Below are positions 50,343-59,316 of a stretch of 64,000 bases of DNA, in pieces. The notes under the pieces were generated by a model. That model ran no database searches. It had not been told where the DNA came from and saw nothing but the letters and a program-made list of their open reading frames with translations. The DNA comes from a virus. A program made the translations under genes and the position numbers. The stretch spans positions 1-64,000 of IMG/VR virus record IMGVR_UViG_3300047496_000092; one strand, given 5' to 3'. Every line of letters begins with the position of its first letter. The first letter of the stretch is position 1.

Positions 50343-51371
50343 CTATCTGGTCGCCAGGATGATTTCGAGTGCGCGGTCCTTGAGGTCCGTGTCTTCGAAG
50401 GTGCGGAGGAAGGCGTTCGCCTGTTGGTTCTCGCCGCGCAGATTCCGCATGTGGTCGGCGTAGTCCGCAATCGCGTTGTACGCCCCCCAGCCGGTGTCTT
50501 TGATGTTCGCGAGGTCATCGGCCGCAAGGGCTCTGATGCACTTTTCGCGAGCCGTCTCGGCCAGCGTTGCGCCGCGCTTCGATTCGATGATCGCCGGGTC
50601 GCCGAACAGTTGGTCCATCAGGTCGGAGAACTGCTTCTCGCTGAACTTGACTTCGACCAGGCTGTTCGCCTTTTTGCGGAACTGATCGTAGTAGGCGGTC
50701 GTGAACCCCATGATGCGCGCCGCTTCTTTCATGCGCGCCTCGTAGTTCTTGGTGTGCTTCACTTTTTGGAAGCGGGAATCTTGCTTACGGTTTTTCTCGT
50801 CTCCGAGCGCCATGTTCAGCGTGTTCTGACACACGGTGCGCGTCGGCGTCATGCAGAGGATGATCGAGCCGCGTCCGTCGTGCTGAACCTTCAGCAAGAA
50901 GTAGGGCTGGATTTCGTCCCCGGCGATGGTGAAGTTTTCAGCGAGCTTGGCGTTCATCCACGCCGTGCGACCGTCGTACAGCGCACCGGCCGTATCGAAC
51001 TTCGCTTCGGCGTTGCCGATGATGGCGTCAACGATGTTGAACGCATCGGCGTTTTGGCAGATCGTGTACTTGTTGCCGACGATGCCGAACGTCTTGTCCG
51101 GGAAGTCGGCGCGGTAGGTACGCGAGTAGCCTTCGATCTCTTTCATGTCGGGGGTGAAGATCGGACCCATTTTGACTTCGTAGTCCAAGCCGCTCTTCTT
51201 GAGCGCCTCGGCCGAAGTCAAGCAGCCATCGACCGGCTCGCCCAGTTTGTGCCATGGGACATCGTATTTGCTGCCCTTGACGTAGAACATGGCGGCCTCG
51301 GAGGCTTTGGCTGCGTTGCCGTCCGCGTTCAGCACTTGGCCGGTGACGCGGGAGGCGAGATTGCTAGGCAT
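50343..51371 (-). CDS. DUF932-family (phage/plasmid-like, TIGR03299-type) protein
   Basis: GIVGNKYTICQNADAF...GALYDGRTAWMNAKL...FLLKVQHDGRGSIILCMTPTRTVCQNTL fits the family as I recall it. Confidence 0.7.
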   Translation of the reverse strand: MPSNLASRVTGQVLNADGNAAKASEAAMFYVKGSKYDVPWHKLGEPVDGCLTSAEALKKSGLDYEVKMGPIFTPDMKEIEGYSRTYRADFPDKTFGIVGNKYTICQNADAFNIVDAIIGNAEAKFDTAGALYDGRTAWMNAKLAENFTIAGDEIQPYFLLKVQHDGRGSIILCMTPTRTVCQNTLNMALGDEKNRKQDSRFQKVKHTKNYEARMKEAARIMGFTTAYYDQFRKKANSLVEVKFSEKQFSDLMDQLFGDPAIIESKRGATLAETAREKCIRALAADDLANIKDTGWGAYNAIADYADHMRNLRGENQQANAFLRTFEDTDLKDRALEIILATR

Positions 51372-51389
51372 AGTTGAGGTTCCTTTTCG
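51372..51389 (-). promoter_or_regulatory. conserved translation-initiation block
   Basis: The minus strand reads CGAAAAGGAACCTCAACT-ATG. Confidence 0.6.
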
Positions 51390-51478
51390 GTTGGGACCAG
51401 CTTAAAGTATCCGGCCTTGGATACATCGTACTACAGGCTGCACCCGCTGTAAAGGGGGTTGACCAAGAAATCGCCTAC

Positions 51479-51507
51479 TTGACTTGCCTAACGTAGTATG
51501 CTAGCCT
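51479..51507 (+). promoter_or_regulatory. sigma70-like promoter for the morphogenesis operon
   Basis: TTGACT (51479-51484), 17 nt, TAGCCT (51502-51507). Upstream, CTGCACCCGCTGTAAAG resembles the conserved element. Confidence 0.4.
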
Positions 51508-51601
51508 GGGGACGGTGGAGGCCGACCTCACTGGCGGGTCGCTTTCTCGCTTCCTAGCGCCCCTGGCTGGCCTATCCGGCCTACGATTGGTAGGAGGGCA
51601 T

Positions 51602-53554
51602 GTGGCACTGCCGCTACGGAAGAACGACGCGCAGGAGGCTGTCTCAGCGACGGCTAGCGGTCAGCTTTTCCGAGCCCCCGTTGTCGCGAAGCTGCCGGTC
51701 AAGAAGCCGAAGCTGCCGATCACCCCGCGCCTGTCGGAAGACGTGAGCGCAGCGGTTCGGAAGAAGACGGCCACCATCGGCGACGACCGCTACCCGATGC
51801 CGGACAAGAAGCATGCCCGGCTCGCGCTGCAGATGATCAACCGTGGCGACCTCTCACCTGAAGAGAAAGCCAAGGTGCGCGCCCGCGCGAACAAGATGCT
51901 GGGTGAGGCTGATCGCGGTGCAGACGGTAAGTTTCACAACGACTCGCACACCACCGCCGCTCGCGAACATCTTCTCGCCGCGTCGATTGCGGTCAGCAGC
52001 GGGGATACGCAAGAAGCGCAGCGCCGGATGGACTCAGCCGAGATTCACACGTCGCACAGCCAACACGCGAAGGCTCCCGACGCTCTTAAGAAGATCGCGG
52101 CGGCGAAGTCGAATCTGACGGAGCCGGTCGCAGCCCAGGGTCATCTGCAAGGTGCGTACGACGATCTGCAGGGCGAACCCAACCGCCTTCTTATGATGAA
52201 GAAGACGCGCGAGTCCGACACCGGCCGCACGTTCATTCGCGAAACGCTGACGTTCCACCCCAAGTTTATCGAATCGACATTCGACCCCGAGAAGGGGACC
52301 GTTGATGTCATTATCATTGACGAGGGTCAAGGCAACTCGCGCGACAAGAACAACTATCTCGGGAAGACGATCAGCGAAGCCGTCAATCGTGGCGTGTTCG
52401 ACGGGGAACAAGCGTACGCTGATCACCCCAGCAAGTTCGATGATAACAACCGGCCTGAACGTAGCATCCGTGATCTGATCGGGTACTACTACAATTCGCG
52501 TGAGACGAAGACTGACAACGGTGTTGCCTACGGCGCGACGCTGAAGATTCAGGAAGGTCAGGACTGGGTTGTCGGCCTCATCAAAGAGGCGATCAACTTT
52601 CAGAAAAAGTTTCCCGACAAACAGTATGTCGGGATTTCCATTAACGCTGACGGCGACACAGTGCCGACTCAGCGTAATGGCAAAACCGTCAACGACGTTG
52701 TGCGAATCACTGAGGCGTTCAGCGCCGACATTGTAACGAAGCCTGCGCGTGGTGGCAAGTTCCTTAAACTCGTAGAGAACACAAACGGCTCTAAAGGAGA
52801 CGGCATGGACCACACTAAGATTCTCGAAGCTGCTAAGAAGCTCGAAAGCATCGCCGCAGGTGAAGCTGTTGACCCTGCCGATCTGACGGCGATTGCAGCG
52901 ACAATGCGCGAAGAGACGGCGAGCGGCAAAGACACGAAGGCCAACGTCGGCACGGCGCAGATGGAAGCGGCCAAGAACCCGAAGGACGGCGAAGACGACG
53001 CGGACGAAAATCCCGACGAATTCACCGAGGCCGACAAAGCTGCATTCATGCAGTGGAAGAAAGAAAGCGCGAAGCGCGAGGCCGACAAAGTTAAGGTCGG
53101 CACGGCGCAGATGGAAGCCGCTGCTACGACCAGCACCGGCAACCTCACCGAATCGCAGAAGCTCGCCAAGGCGCACCCCACCGTGTGGGCCGCTGCGTTG
53201 AGCGAAGCGCAGGCGCTCGCGAAGACAGGCACCGTCAAGCTCGAAGACGTGCTTGCCGAGAACGCCGCGTTCAAGGCGCAGAACCTGATTCGCGAGTCGA
53301 TGGACATTGCGAAGAAGAAGTTGTCGGAGTCGAAGCTGCCGGAAGGCGCGTTCGCCGACATCCTTCCGCAACTCATCGGCTTGGACGAACCCGAGATCGT
53401 CGCCGTGATCAGCGCCAAAGAGAAATTCATCGAATCGCTCGGGTTCGATATGACGAAGCGCGTTGCCGGGACCGGCGCAAAACTACCGCTGCGTGAAGCA
53501 GCCGACACTGCCGGACTGACGAACGAACTGCTCGTCGGCGTCGTGCAGGACTAA
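51602..53554 (+). CDS. prohead protease (HK97 S78-like) fused to a coiled-coil scaffold
   Basis: Track ORF 51515..53554; GTG 51602 lies behind AGGAGGG (alternative GTG 51515, 8 nt after the -10). AYADHPSKFDD, YVGISINADG and AFSADIVTKPARGG resemble the His, Ser and E-x-S-x-V-x-x-PA blocks of S78. The C-terminal 250 aa are Ala/Glu/Lys coiled-coil. Confidence 0.55.
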   Translation: MALPLRKNDAQEAVSATASGQLFRAPVVAKLPVKKPKLPITPRLSEDVSAAVRKKTATIGDDRYPMPDKKHARLALQMINRGDLSPEEKAKVRARANKMLGEADRGADGKFHNDSHTTAAREHLLAASIAVSSGDTQEAQRRMDSAEIHTSHSQHAKAPDALKKIAAAKSNLTEPVAAQGHLQGAYDDLQGEPNRLLMMKKTRESDTGRTFIRETLTFHPKFIESTFDPEKGTVDVIIIDEGQGNSRDKNNYLGKTISEAVNRGVFDGEQAYADHPSKFDDNNRPERSIRDLIGYYYNSRETKTDNGVAYGATLKIQEGQDWVVGLIKEAINFQKKFPDKQYVGISINADGDTVPTQRNGKTVNDVVRITEAFSADIVTKPARGGKFLKLVENTNGSKGDGMDHTKILEAAKKLESIAAGEAVDPADLTAIAATMREETASGKDTKANVGTAQMEAAKNPKDGEDDADENPDEFTEADKAAFMQWKKESAKREADKVKVGTAQMEAAATTSTGNLTESQKLAKAHPTVWAAALSEAQALAKTGTVKLEDVLAENAAFKAQNLIRESMDIAKKKLSESKLPEGAFADILPQLIGLDEPEIVAVISAKEKFIESLGFDMTKRVAGTGAKLPLREAADTAGLTNELLVGVVQD

Positions 53555-53564
53555 GGGGGACTAG

Positions 53565-54080
53565 ATGAGCCTTACTCCTACCACTTCCCGCAACTCGTTC
53601 GTCAAGCACACGTTCGACGGTTCGCTTGCGGGTATGCCTACGGCGGGTTCGTCGTACCCGATCAACCAGGGCGACATCGTTTGCTGGGACACCACGCTTA
53701 ACTCAGGCGCGGGTGGTCTGCGTACCGTCGCAGTTCAAGCCGACATGGCGAAGTACGTCGGCGTCGCAGCCCAGCAAACCCCGATAGCGTCGCTCGGTGA
53801 CTCGCTGCTTTCGCTCGAAATCTGGCAGTCGGTCATCGTCAAACTCAAAGGTACGTCGGGCGAGACGTATTACCACTTCCAGGAAGTCTACTGGAACGAA
53901 ACCGTCGATGTGCAGACGATCTCGAACAGCACCAACTCGAACGCTCGTACCAACCCGGTCGGGTGGGTGATCATTCCGCAGGACCTGTGCATGAACGGTA
54001 TCTACTCCGTTCTCGCAGGCGCAGCGACCGACGTTGAAGTTTGGTTGAACCCCAAGTACCCCGCATCGTTCCTGGTCTAA
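53565..54080 (+). CDS. head decoration/cement protein candidate
   Basis: Assigned by position, between the scaffold and the MCP. 171 aa. No firm motif. Confidence 0.4.
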   Translation: MSLTPTTSRNSFVKHTFDGSLAGMPTAGSSYPINQGDIVCWDTTLNSGAGGLRTVAVQADMAKYVGVAAQQTPIASLGDSLLSLEIWQSVIVKLKGTSGETYYHFQEVYWNETVDVQTISNSTNSNARTNPVGWVIIPQDLCMNGIYSVLAGAATDVEVWLNPKYPASFLV

Positions 54081-54107
54081 CGGGAAGGGAGCAGAGCAAC
54101 AACAACT

Positions 54108-55220
54108 ATGAGCAAACTTCTGGAGCGTCAGACCGCAGCACTCGACAAGTGTCAGTCCAAGCTGAACGAGTCGATCAAGCGTTGGGGTTTCGACGCCAGC
54201 AAGGTTCCGTTCGGCGCAGACGGGTTCTCCATCAAGGCACTCAAGGAAAACGCGGTGCGCTTGGTCGAGACGAAGCGCGAACTGCGGGAAGCGAATTCCG
54301 AAACGGTGTTCGGCGCGCTGCTCCGCTACGGCGTTCAGAACTTCATGTTCGATGCGTACAAGTCGGTCACGGACTTCGTGTACACCGACTACGTTCGCAT
54401 GCGTACATCGAAGAACCGGCAAGAGTGGTACGCTCCACTCTTCGGTGTCGAGATTCCCAAAGACGTTCCGCTGGGCGGCAAATACGAAGACTCGCGTATC
54501 GCCGGGCTCGACATCGAAGTCATCAACAAGAAGGTCGGTCGCATTCTCTCGTTCGAGCGCGAACTCGTTGACGATGACCAGACCGATCAGATCAGCCAGA
54601 AGTCAACCGAACTCGGTTCGCGCATGCGTTACAAGGAAGAGGCCGACGTAAACGGCGTCGATGTCTATACCTTGGCAACGCTCGGTCGCGGTATCACCGG
54701 GGTGGCGAACACCTCGTACACCACGGCCATCGGCAACAAGGGAACGTACGGTACGCTCTCGCAGCCGTTGCTCGAAGCAGCCGACATCCTCGCGCACAAC
54801 ATGGTGGACCCGCTGAACAACCGCATCATGGTGAAGCCGAGCATCTTGCTCGTCTCGCCTGCGGACAAGTTCAACGCTGCCAAGTTGCTCAACTCGGCGC
54901 TGCAGCCTTCCGTTCCCGGCGCGGCCGGTTCGCAAACGGCAAGCACGGCAGCGGGCGGCCTGACCGGCTGGACGATGACCATGAACCCGTTGCAGGGACT
55001 GTACAACCTCAAGGTTTCGCGGTTCCTACCCTCGGGCTACTGGTACTTGATCGACCCGCAATCGACCGTGTTCCAAGATCGCGACCCGCTCGAACTGCTT
55101 ATGGAAGCACACGATGCAGGCTCGTCCTTCGAACGCGATCAGTATCGGTGGCGCGTTCGTCGTCGTTACCAAACGGCGACGCTCGAATACCGTTACATCA
55201 TCTGCGGCAACGGCCAGTAA
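54108..55220 (+). CDS. major capsid protein
   Basis: 370 aa, in the position after the protease-scaffold gene. Strong RBS GGGAAGGGAG. The N-terminal delta-like helix is followed by an EWYAPLFG...FERELVDDD region. Confidence 0.65.
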   Translation: MSKLLERQTAALDKCQSKLNESIKRWGFDASKVPFGADGFSIKALKENAVRLVETKRELREANSETVFGALLRYGVQNFMFDAYKSVTDFVYTDYVRMRTSKNRQEWYAPLFGVEIPKDVPLGGKYEDSRIAGLDIEVINKKVGRILSFERELVDDDQTDQISQKSTELGSRMRYKEEADVNGVDVYTLATLGRGITGVANTSYTTAIGNKGTYGTLSQPLLEAADILAHNMVDPLNNRIMVKPSILLVSPADKFNAAKLLNSALQPSVPGAAGSQTASTAAGGLTGWTMTMNPLQGLYNLKVSRFLPSGYWYLIDPQSTVFQDRDPLELLMEAHDAGSSFERDQYRWRVRRRYQTATLEYRYIICGNGQ

Positions 55221-55246
55221 ACGGCCGAGTAAAAAAGAAGAAAGGA

Positions 55247-55777
55247 ATGGGGTGTGTGCAGCACCCCAACCCCGACGAAATGAAGACAGATTCGCGCGTT
55301 CTTGGCGGAATGAATCCGACCAAAGAACTCGACAAAGACAAAGCAGAGCGCAACGAACCTCGCAACAACCGCGAGGAAGATCGGCTGTGTTCCATCCTCA
55401 CGCAGCATCTGCGGCAGAGCCCCGGCATTCAGATCGTCAGCGAGACGTTCTACGGTGCGCCGCGTTCAGAGATGCGGTCGAGCTTCGACATTACCTACGA
55501 CCGTTTCTACCCGCAGATCGACCTGCTCGTTCAGAACTTCACGCGGCGGCGCTACTACGAAGACATGGGGTTCGATGAGGAAGCGTTCAACGCCGAACTC
55601 GCGATGTACCGTGACTTCGCGCGCGACACGCTGCACAAACAGTTCTTGCCGGTGATCGACGGCACGGTTGACCCGGAAGACCTAGCGGCCATTACCATTC
55701 CTGTGCGGGGCGTAAAGACGGTAGCCCAGCCCAAAGAGACTTCAGATCGCATCCCTCGGGAGGATGACGCAGCCTAG
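55247..55777 (+). CDS. hypothetical head/connector protein
   Basis: Track ORF 55148..55777 trimmed to the first ATG after the MCP stop. The start is uncertain (other ATGs at 55280 and 55310). Confidence 0.45.
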   Translation: MGCVQHPNPDEMKTDSRVLGGMNPTKELDKDKAERNEPRNNREEDRLCSILTQHLRQSPGIQIVSETFYGAPRSEMRSSFDITYDRFYPQIDLLVQNFTRRRYYEDMGFDEEAFNAELAMYRDFARDTLHKQFLPVIDGTVDPEDLAAITIPVRGVKTVAQPKETSDRIPREDDAA

Positions 55778-55779
55778 AC

Positions 55780-56448
55780 ATGGCGACGACTCTTGCAGCG
55801 GCAATTACTAGTGCCCGCGTTCTCTGTGGTGACTCCACCACGGATAACTTGTCGCGCAATGAGAATCTGGACAACTCGGACATTGGCAACCTGATCAACG
55901 GCTCGAATAAGACGTTCCAGGTTGTCAACTACCCGATTGTTCCTGGCGGCGAAGTCTCCGTGATCGCTGACGGCACCCTACTCGCACTCACGACCGGCTA
56001 CACAGTCAACGAGCCGACCGGCCAGTTCTCGCTCGTCGCCGCACCATCTAGCACGTTGTATGTGACGTACTACTACTACTTGATGCCGGATTCGGTTTGG
56101 ACGGAATTCGTTACCTGGGCAGTGCAGCGTCTGAATCTCTCGACCGGCAATCTCTCGACGGATGTCGGGAACGTCCCCGAAGGTTTACTGTCGGCGCTGA
56201 AGCTGTACTCTGTGGCGGCATGGGCTCGTCGCATCGCTGCGCAGACTGGACTCTGGTACGATCAGAAGCTGCAAGAGCGCAACGAAAGCCGCGACGACAT
56301 TTCCAAAAAGTTCCTCACGCTCGGCGTTCAATGGGAGAAGGACGGCGACAACGCGCGCGACTCGTACTACAATGGTGCCGGGACGCAACTGAAGCCGTCG
56401 TTCCGTGTCAACCAGATGACGCCGCGCGGTTACACGCCGTACAGATAA
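55780..56448 (+). CDS. hypothetical structural protein (head-tail connector region)
   Basis: 222 aa. Assigned by synteny only. Confidence 0.45.
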   Translation: MATTLAAAITSARVLCGDSTTDNLSRNENLDNSDIGNLINGSNKTFQVVNYPIVPGGEVSVIADGTLLALTTGYTVNEPTGQFSLVAAPSSTLYVTYYYYLMPDSVWTEFVTWAVQRLNLSTGNLSTDVGNVPEGLLSALKLYSVAAWARRIAAQTGLWYDQKLQERNESRDDISKKFLTLGVQWEKDGDNARDSYYNGAGTQLKPSFRVNQMTPRGYTPYR

Positions 56449-56451
56449 TGT

Positions 56452-56847
56452 ATGCCGATCAACGCTGGTCCACTGTCCGCGCGTCCGATGATGCAGCTTA
56501 CGTTCGAAGTGATTCGAGCGCGCATGACTACGGTCGCGCCTTCGGGTACGCAGATGTCGCCTGCGCAGACGTGGACGAAAAGCGGGCGACACTTCCGGTG
56601 CGACATCGACCCGTTGCGCGACGAGTTGAAGTTTGCGCAGGCCGGGGCGACGACAATCGCAACGCACATCTGTCACTTCTTCGCGGACGCGGACATACTG
56701 CCCAAGGACCGCATCCAAATCTACTCATCGAAGCGGCTAGCTGGGCCGATTGGTTCCTGGTATCTGATCACCGAGGTGGTCGAGCCAACGGAGACTATCG
56801 CCTATCAGCGCGCGTACGCGATCATTTCGAGCAACCCTGGCGTATGA
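56452..56847 (+). CDS. head-tail adaptor/closure candidate
   Basis: 131 aa. Assigned by synteny only. Confidence 0.4.
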   Translation: MPINAGPLSARPMMQLTFEVIRARMTTVAPSGTQMSPAQTWTKSGRHFRCDIDPLRDELKFAQAGATTIATHICHFFADADILPKDRIQIYSSKRLAGPIGSWYLITEVVEPTETIAYQRAYAIISSNPGV

Positions 56848-57320
56848 GTGCTTCGAGCGCGTCCTTCCAGGCATGGTTCGTTCAGCAGGCGCAGGCCAAC
56901 AGTTCGATTGCGAATCTGCTTGCCAAGGACTCGACCGGCATGCCCATCGTGGTTCCGTATCACGCAACGGACGTAGACGAGAATCTCGGCTTCCCGCACA
57001 TTACCATTGCTCGGTACGGGTCGGCGGTAAGCGATGGTCCCTTCGATGACAGTCCGCTTCATGCGCAGCGCAACGACGGGCTCAAGGTCGGTATCTGCGT
57101 GTGGTCGCAGAAGTCGATAGACGAGTGTGTCACCATCTACGACTTCGTTGATCAGATGTTGCGCGGCCCAGTTGCGAACGTGAGCAGCCCGTACTTTTCA
57201 ACGTATGGTCTGTGGCGCACCGACTATCGCGACGACCTCTTCGATGACGATCTCAAGTGTTACCACCTGCACTCCGAATACACGATGTGGGTTCGGTACA
57301 CGTCCCTACCGGGGAGCTAA
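56844..57320 (+). CDS. tail completion/neck candidate
   Basis: Track ORF 56097..57320 trimmed to ATG 56844 (ATGA overlap). The upstream part of that ORF is out-of-frame overlap with the two preceding genes. Confidence 0.45.
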   Translation: MSASSASFQAWFVQQAQANSSIANLLAKDSTGMPIVVPYHATDVDENLGFPHITIARYGSAVSDGPFDDSPLHAQRNDGLKVGICVWSQKSIDECVTIYDFVDQMLRGPVANVSSPYFSTYGLWRTDYRDDLFDDDLKCYHLHSEYTMWVRYTSLPGS

Positions 57321-57321
57321 C

Positions 57322-57639
57322 GTGGAAATCAAGATCGAAAACGACGTAATGACCCTGCACGGTGCCCCGCCGAAATCGGTTGTCGAGATGCGTTGGCAGA
57401 ACACGCTGAATGGACGCAACTTGATTCAGACGGTTGAGATCAGCGAAGACGGCTCGGCTGCATTACCAATCCCGCCGCATTATGGTGTTCACTATGCAGC
57501 GTCGATTCGGTACGGTCAACGCATCGCACAGTTCATTCGAAATCCTGATGGCACGTCATTGGACTTGGCGACGCCGGTCGAACCCGCAGTTACCGCGCTC
57601 TTTGAGGCGCTCAACCCGTCGTCAGGGGAGGAAGTTTAA
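57322..57639 (+). CDS. hypothetical tail-module protein
   Basis: Track ORF 57205..57639 trimmed to GTG 57322, with GGGGAG upstream. Confidence 0.45.
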   Translation: MEIKIENDVMTLHGAPPKSVVEMRWQNTLNGRNLIQTVEISEDGSAALPIPPHYGVHYAASIRYGQRIAQFIRNPDGTSLDLATPVEPAVTALFEALNPSSGEEV

Positions 57640-58440
57640 GTGTTTGGATTCGGAGCGGGACGCGCCCGCATCATCCCTAGCGGCGGAACACCGTACGAAC
57701 TTGGCGTGGTGCAGAGTGCATCGGCCGAATTCAAGGTGGACCTCAAGGAACTACGCGGCCCCTACCGCTACCCGCAAGCCGTCGCCGATGGCAAGGGCAC
57801 GGCAAGCGGTAAGGTATCGTTCGCCAACCTGTGGCCGCCGACGCTCTCGGAAATTCTCGCAGCCGCTGCACCGACGCAGAATCCAACGGCATCAACGACT
57901 GTCGGGCAGGCTGTCATCAACGAAGTGCAGCCGATCAGCGGTACGCACTGTACCTTGACCAACGCGACTACCTATGTCGTTGGCAGCGAGATCGTCGTTG
58001 TCACGATCTCCGGTGTTCCGTATTACTACACGCGCGGCGGCTCGCCAGCAGTTGCATCGGCGACGGCTCCGCTTGCCGGTGTGTATTCGATCAACACCGG
58101 CACCGGGGTGCTTACGTTTGCATCCGGTGACAACGGCAACAACGCAACGATCACCTATCTGTACAGTCCGACCGGCAACAACGGCAATGCCAGCATCGCA
58201 CTTTCACAGCTTGGCATGAACACGGCTCCGACTTTTCAGTTGACGCTGATCGGAACCGGCAAGAACTACTACTCGAACGCTACCCAGCAGTTCATCATCG
58301 TCTTCAATGCCGTCTTAGCTCCGTCACTCAAGTTCGACTTCAAGCTAGACGACTTCACGATGATGGACTTGGACTATCAAGCCTTCATCGACGGCAGCGG
58401 CAACCTCGGTTCGCTGTACTTCGTAGCACCGGACGCATAA
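57640..58440 (+). CDS. major tail (tube) protein candidate, paralog 1
   Basis: GTG start. 266 aa. The N- and C-terminal thirds are nearly identical to the next gene. It lies upstream of the chaperone and tape measure genes. Confidence 0.55.
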   Translation: MFGFGAGRARIIPSGGTPYELGVVQSASAEFKVDLKELRGPYRYPQAVADGKGTASGKVSFANLWPPTLSEILAAAAPTQNPTASTTVGQAVINEVQPISGTHCTLTNATTYVVGSEIVVVTISGVPYYYTRGGSPAVASATAPLAGVYSINTGTGVLTFASGDNGNNATITYLYSPTGNNGNASIALSQLGMNTAPTFQLTLIGTGKNYYSNATQQFIIVFNAVLAPSLKFDFKLDDFTMMDLDYQAFIDGSGNLGSLYFVAPDA

Positions 58441-58449
58441 GGAGCAGAC

Positions 58450-59235
58450 ATGTTCGGATTCGGAGCGGGTCGAGCCCGCATCATTCCTTTCGGTGGTACG
58501 CCGTACGAACTCGGTGTCGTGCAGAGTGCGTCCGCTGAATTCAAGGTCGATCTCAAAGAGCTTCGTTCGACCTACCGTTACCCTGTTGCCGTCGCGGACG
58601 GGAAGGGCACGGCATCGGGCAAGGTCAGCTTTGCTAATCTCTGGCCGCCGACCCTAGCCGAGATTCTGTCGTCAACCGCACCGACGCAGACCGGCCAGCA
58701 AGCCGCGATCAACGAAGCGCAAACGATTCCCTCGTATCCTGGGCCGTATACCGTTACGTTGACCAATGCGGCTACGATGGTGGCTGGCAGCGAGATCGTC
58801 GTCGTGACGATTGCCGGTGTGCCGTACTACTACTCGCGCAGCGTTATCACGGCACACGCATCGGCAACCAATCCGCTGAACGGCAGCTATACGATCTCAG
58901 CCGGTGTGCTGACGTTTAACGTCCTGGATGCGGGCGAAGCGATCTCGGTGACGTATCTCTACACCCCGGCAGGGACCGCGAACGCTACTATCGCTCTGTC
59001 GCAGCTTGGCATGAACTCGTCGCCGACGTTCCAACTGACGCTGATCGGCACCGGCAAGAACTACTACAGCAACGCGACGCAGCAGTTCATCATCGTCTTC
59101 AACGCTGTGCTGGCACCGAGTTTGAAGTTCGACTTCAAGCTAGACGACTTCACGATGCTGGACTTGGATTACCAAGCCTTCATCGACGGCTCGGGAAATC
59201 TCGGGTCGCTGTACTTCGTCTCGCCAGACGCATAA
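58450..59235 (+). CDS. major tail (tube) protein candidate, paralog 2
   Basis: 261 aa. MFGFGAGRARIIP.GGTPYELGVVQSASAEFKVDLKELR and the last ~80 aa match paralog 1. Confidence 0.55.
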   Translation: MFGFGAGRARIIPFGGTPYELGVVQSASAEFKVDLKELRSTYRYPVAVADGKGTASGKVSFANLWPPTLAEILSSTAPTQTGQQAAINEAQTIPSYPGPYTVTLTNAATMVAGSEIVVVTIAGVPYYYSRSVITAHASATNPLNGSYTISAGVLTFNVLDAGEAISVTYLYTPAGTANATIALSQLGMNSSPTFQLTLIGTGKNYYSNATQQFIIVFNAVLAPSLKFDFKLDDFTMLDLDYQAFIDGSGNLGSLYFVSPDA

Positions 59236-59257
59236 AGTTTCCTTTCGTCGGGAAAAG

Positions 59258-59295
59258 AACGAACCCCAGGCTGCACACCTGGGGTTCTTTCTACT
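59258..59295. terminator. bidirectional intrinsic terminator
   Basis: GAACCCCAGG (59261-59270), loop CTGCACA, CCTGGGGTTC (59278-59287): a perfect 10-bp stem. TTTCT follows on the plus strand and TTCTTTTCCC on the minus strand. Confidence 0.7.
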
Positions 59296-59316
59296 CTGGT
59301 TGCAGGTTCGTCGGGA

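Noticed and set aside
50247-51377. A 376-aa plus-strand ORF
   Set aside because: It is antisense to the DUF932-like gene, which has recognisable family blocks and a conserved initiation block. The plus-frame product is Arg/Val/Gly-rich with no motif.
52034-53508. Minus-strand ORFs of 445 aa and 279 aa
   Set aside because: They are antisense to the protease-scaffold gene. Their Arg- and Ser-rich repetitive translations mirror the Ala/Glu/Lys coiled coil on the plus strand.
55244-55268. A hairpin, GGGGTG-n7-CACCCC, right after the major capsid gene, considered as an attenuating terminator
   Set aside because: The stem is only 6 bp, no U-run follows, and it overlaps the candidate start codon of the next gene. 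It could equally be coincidental.
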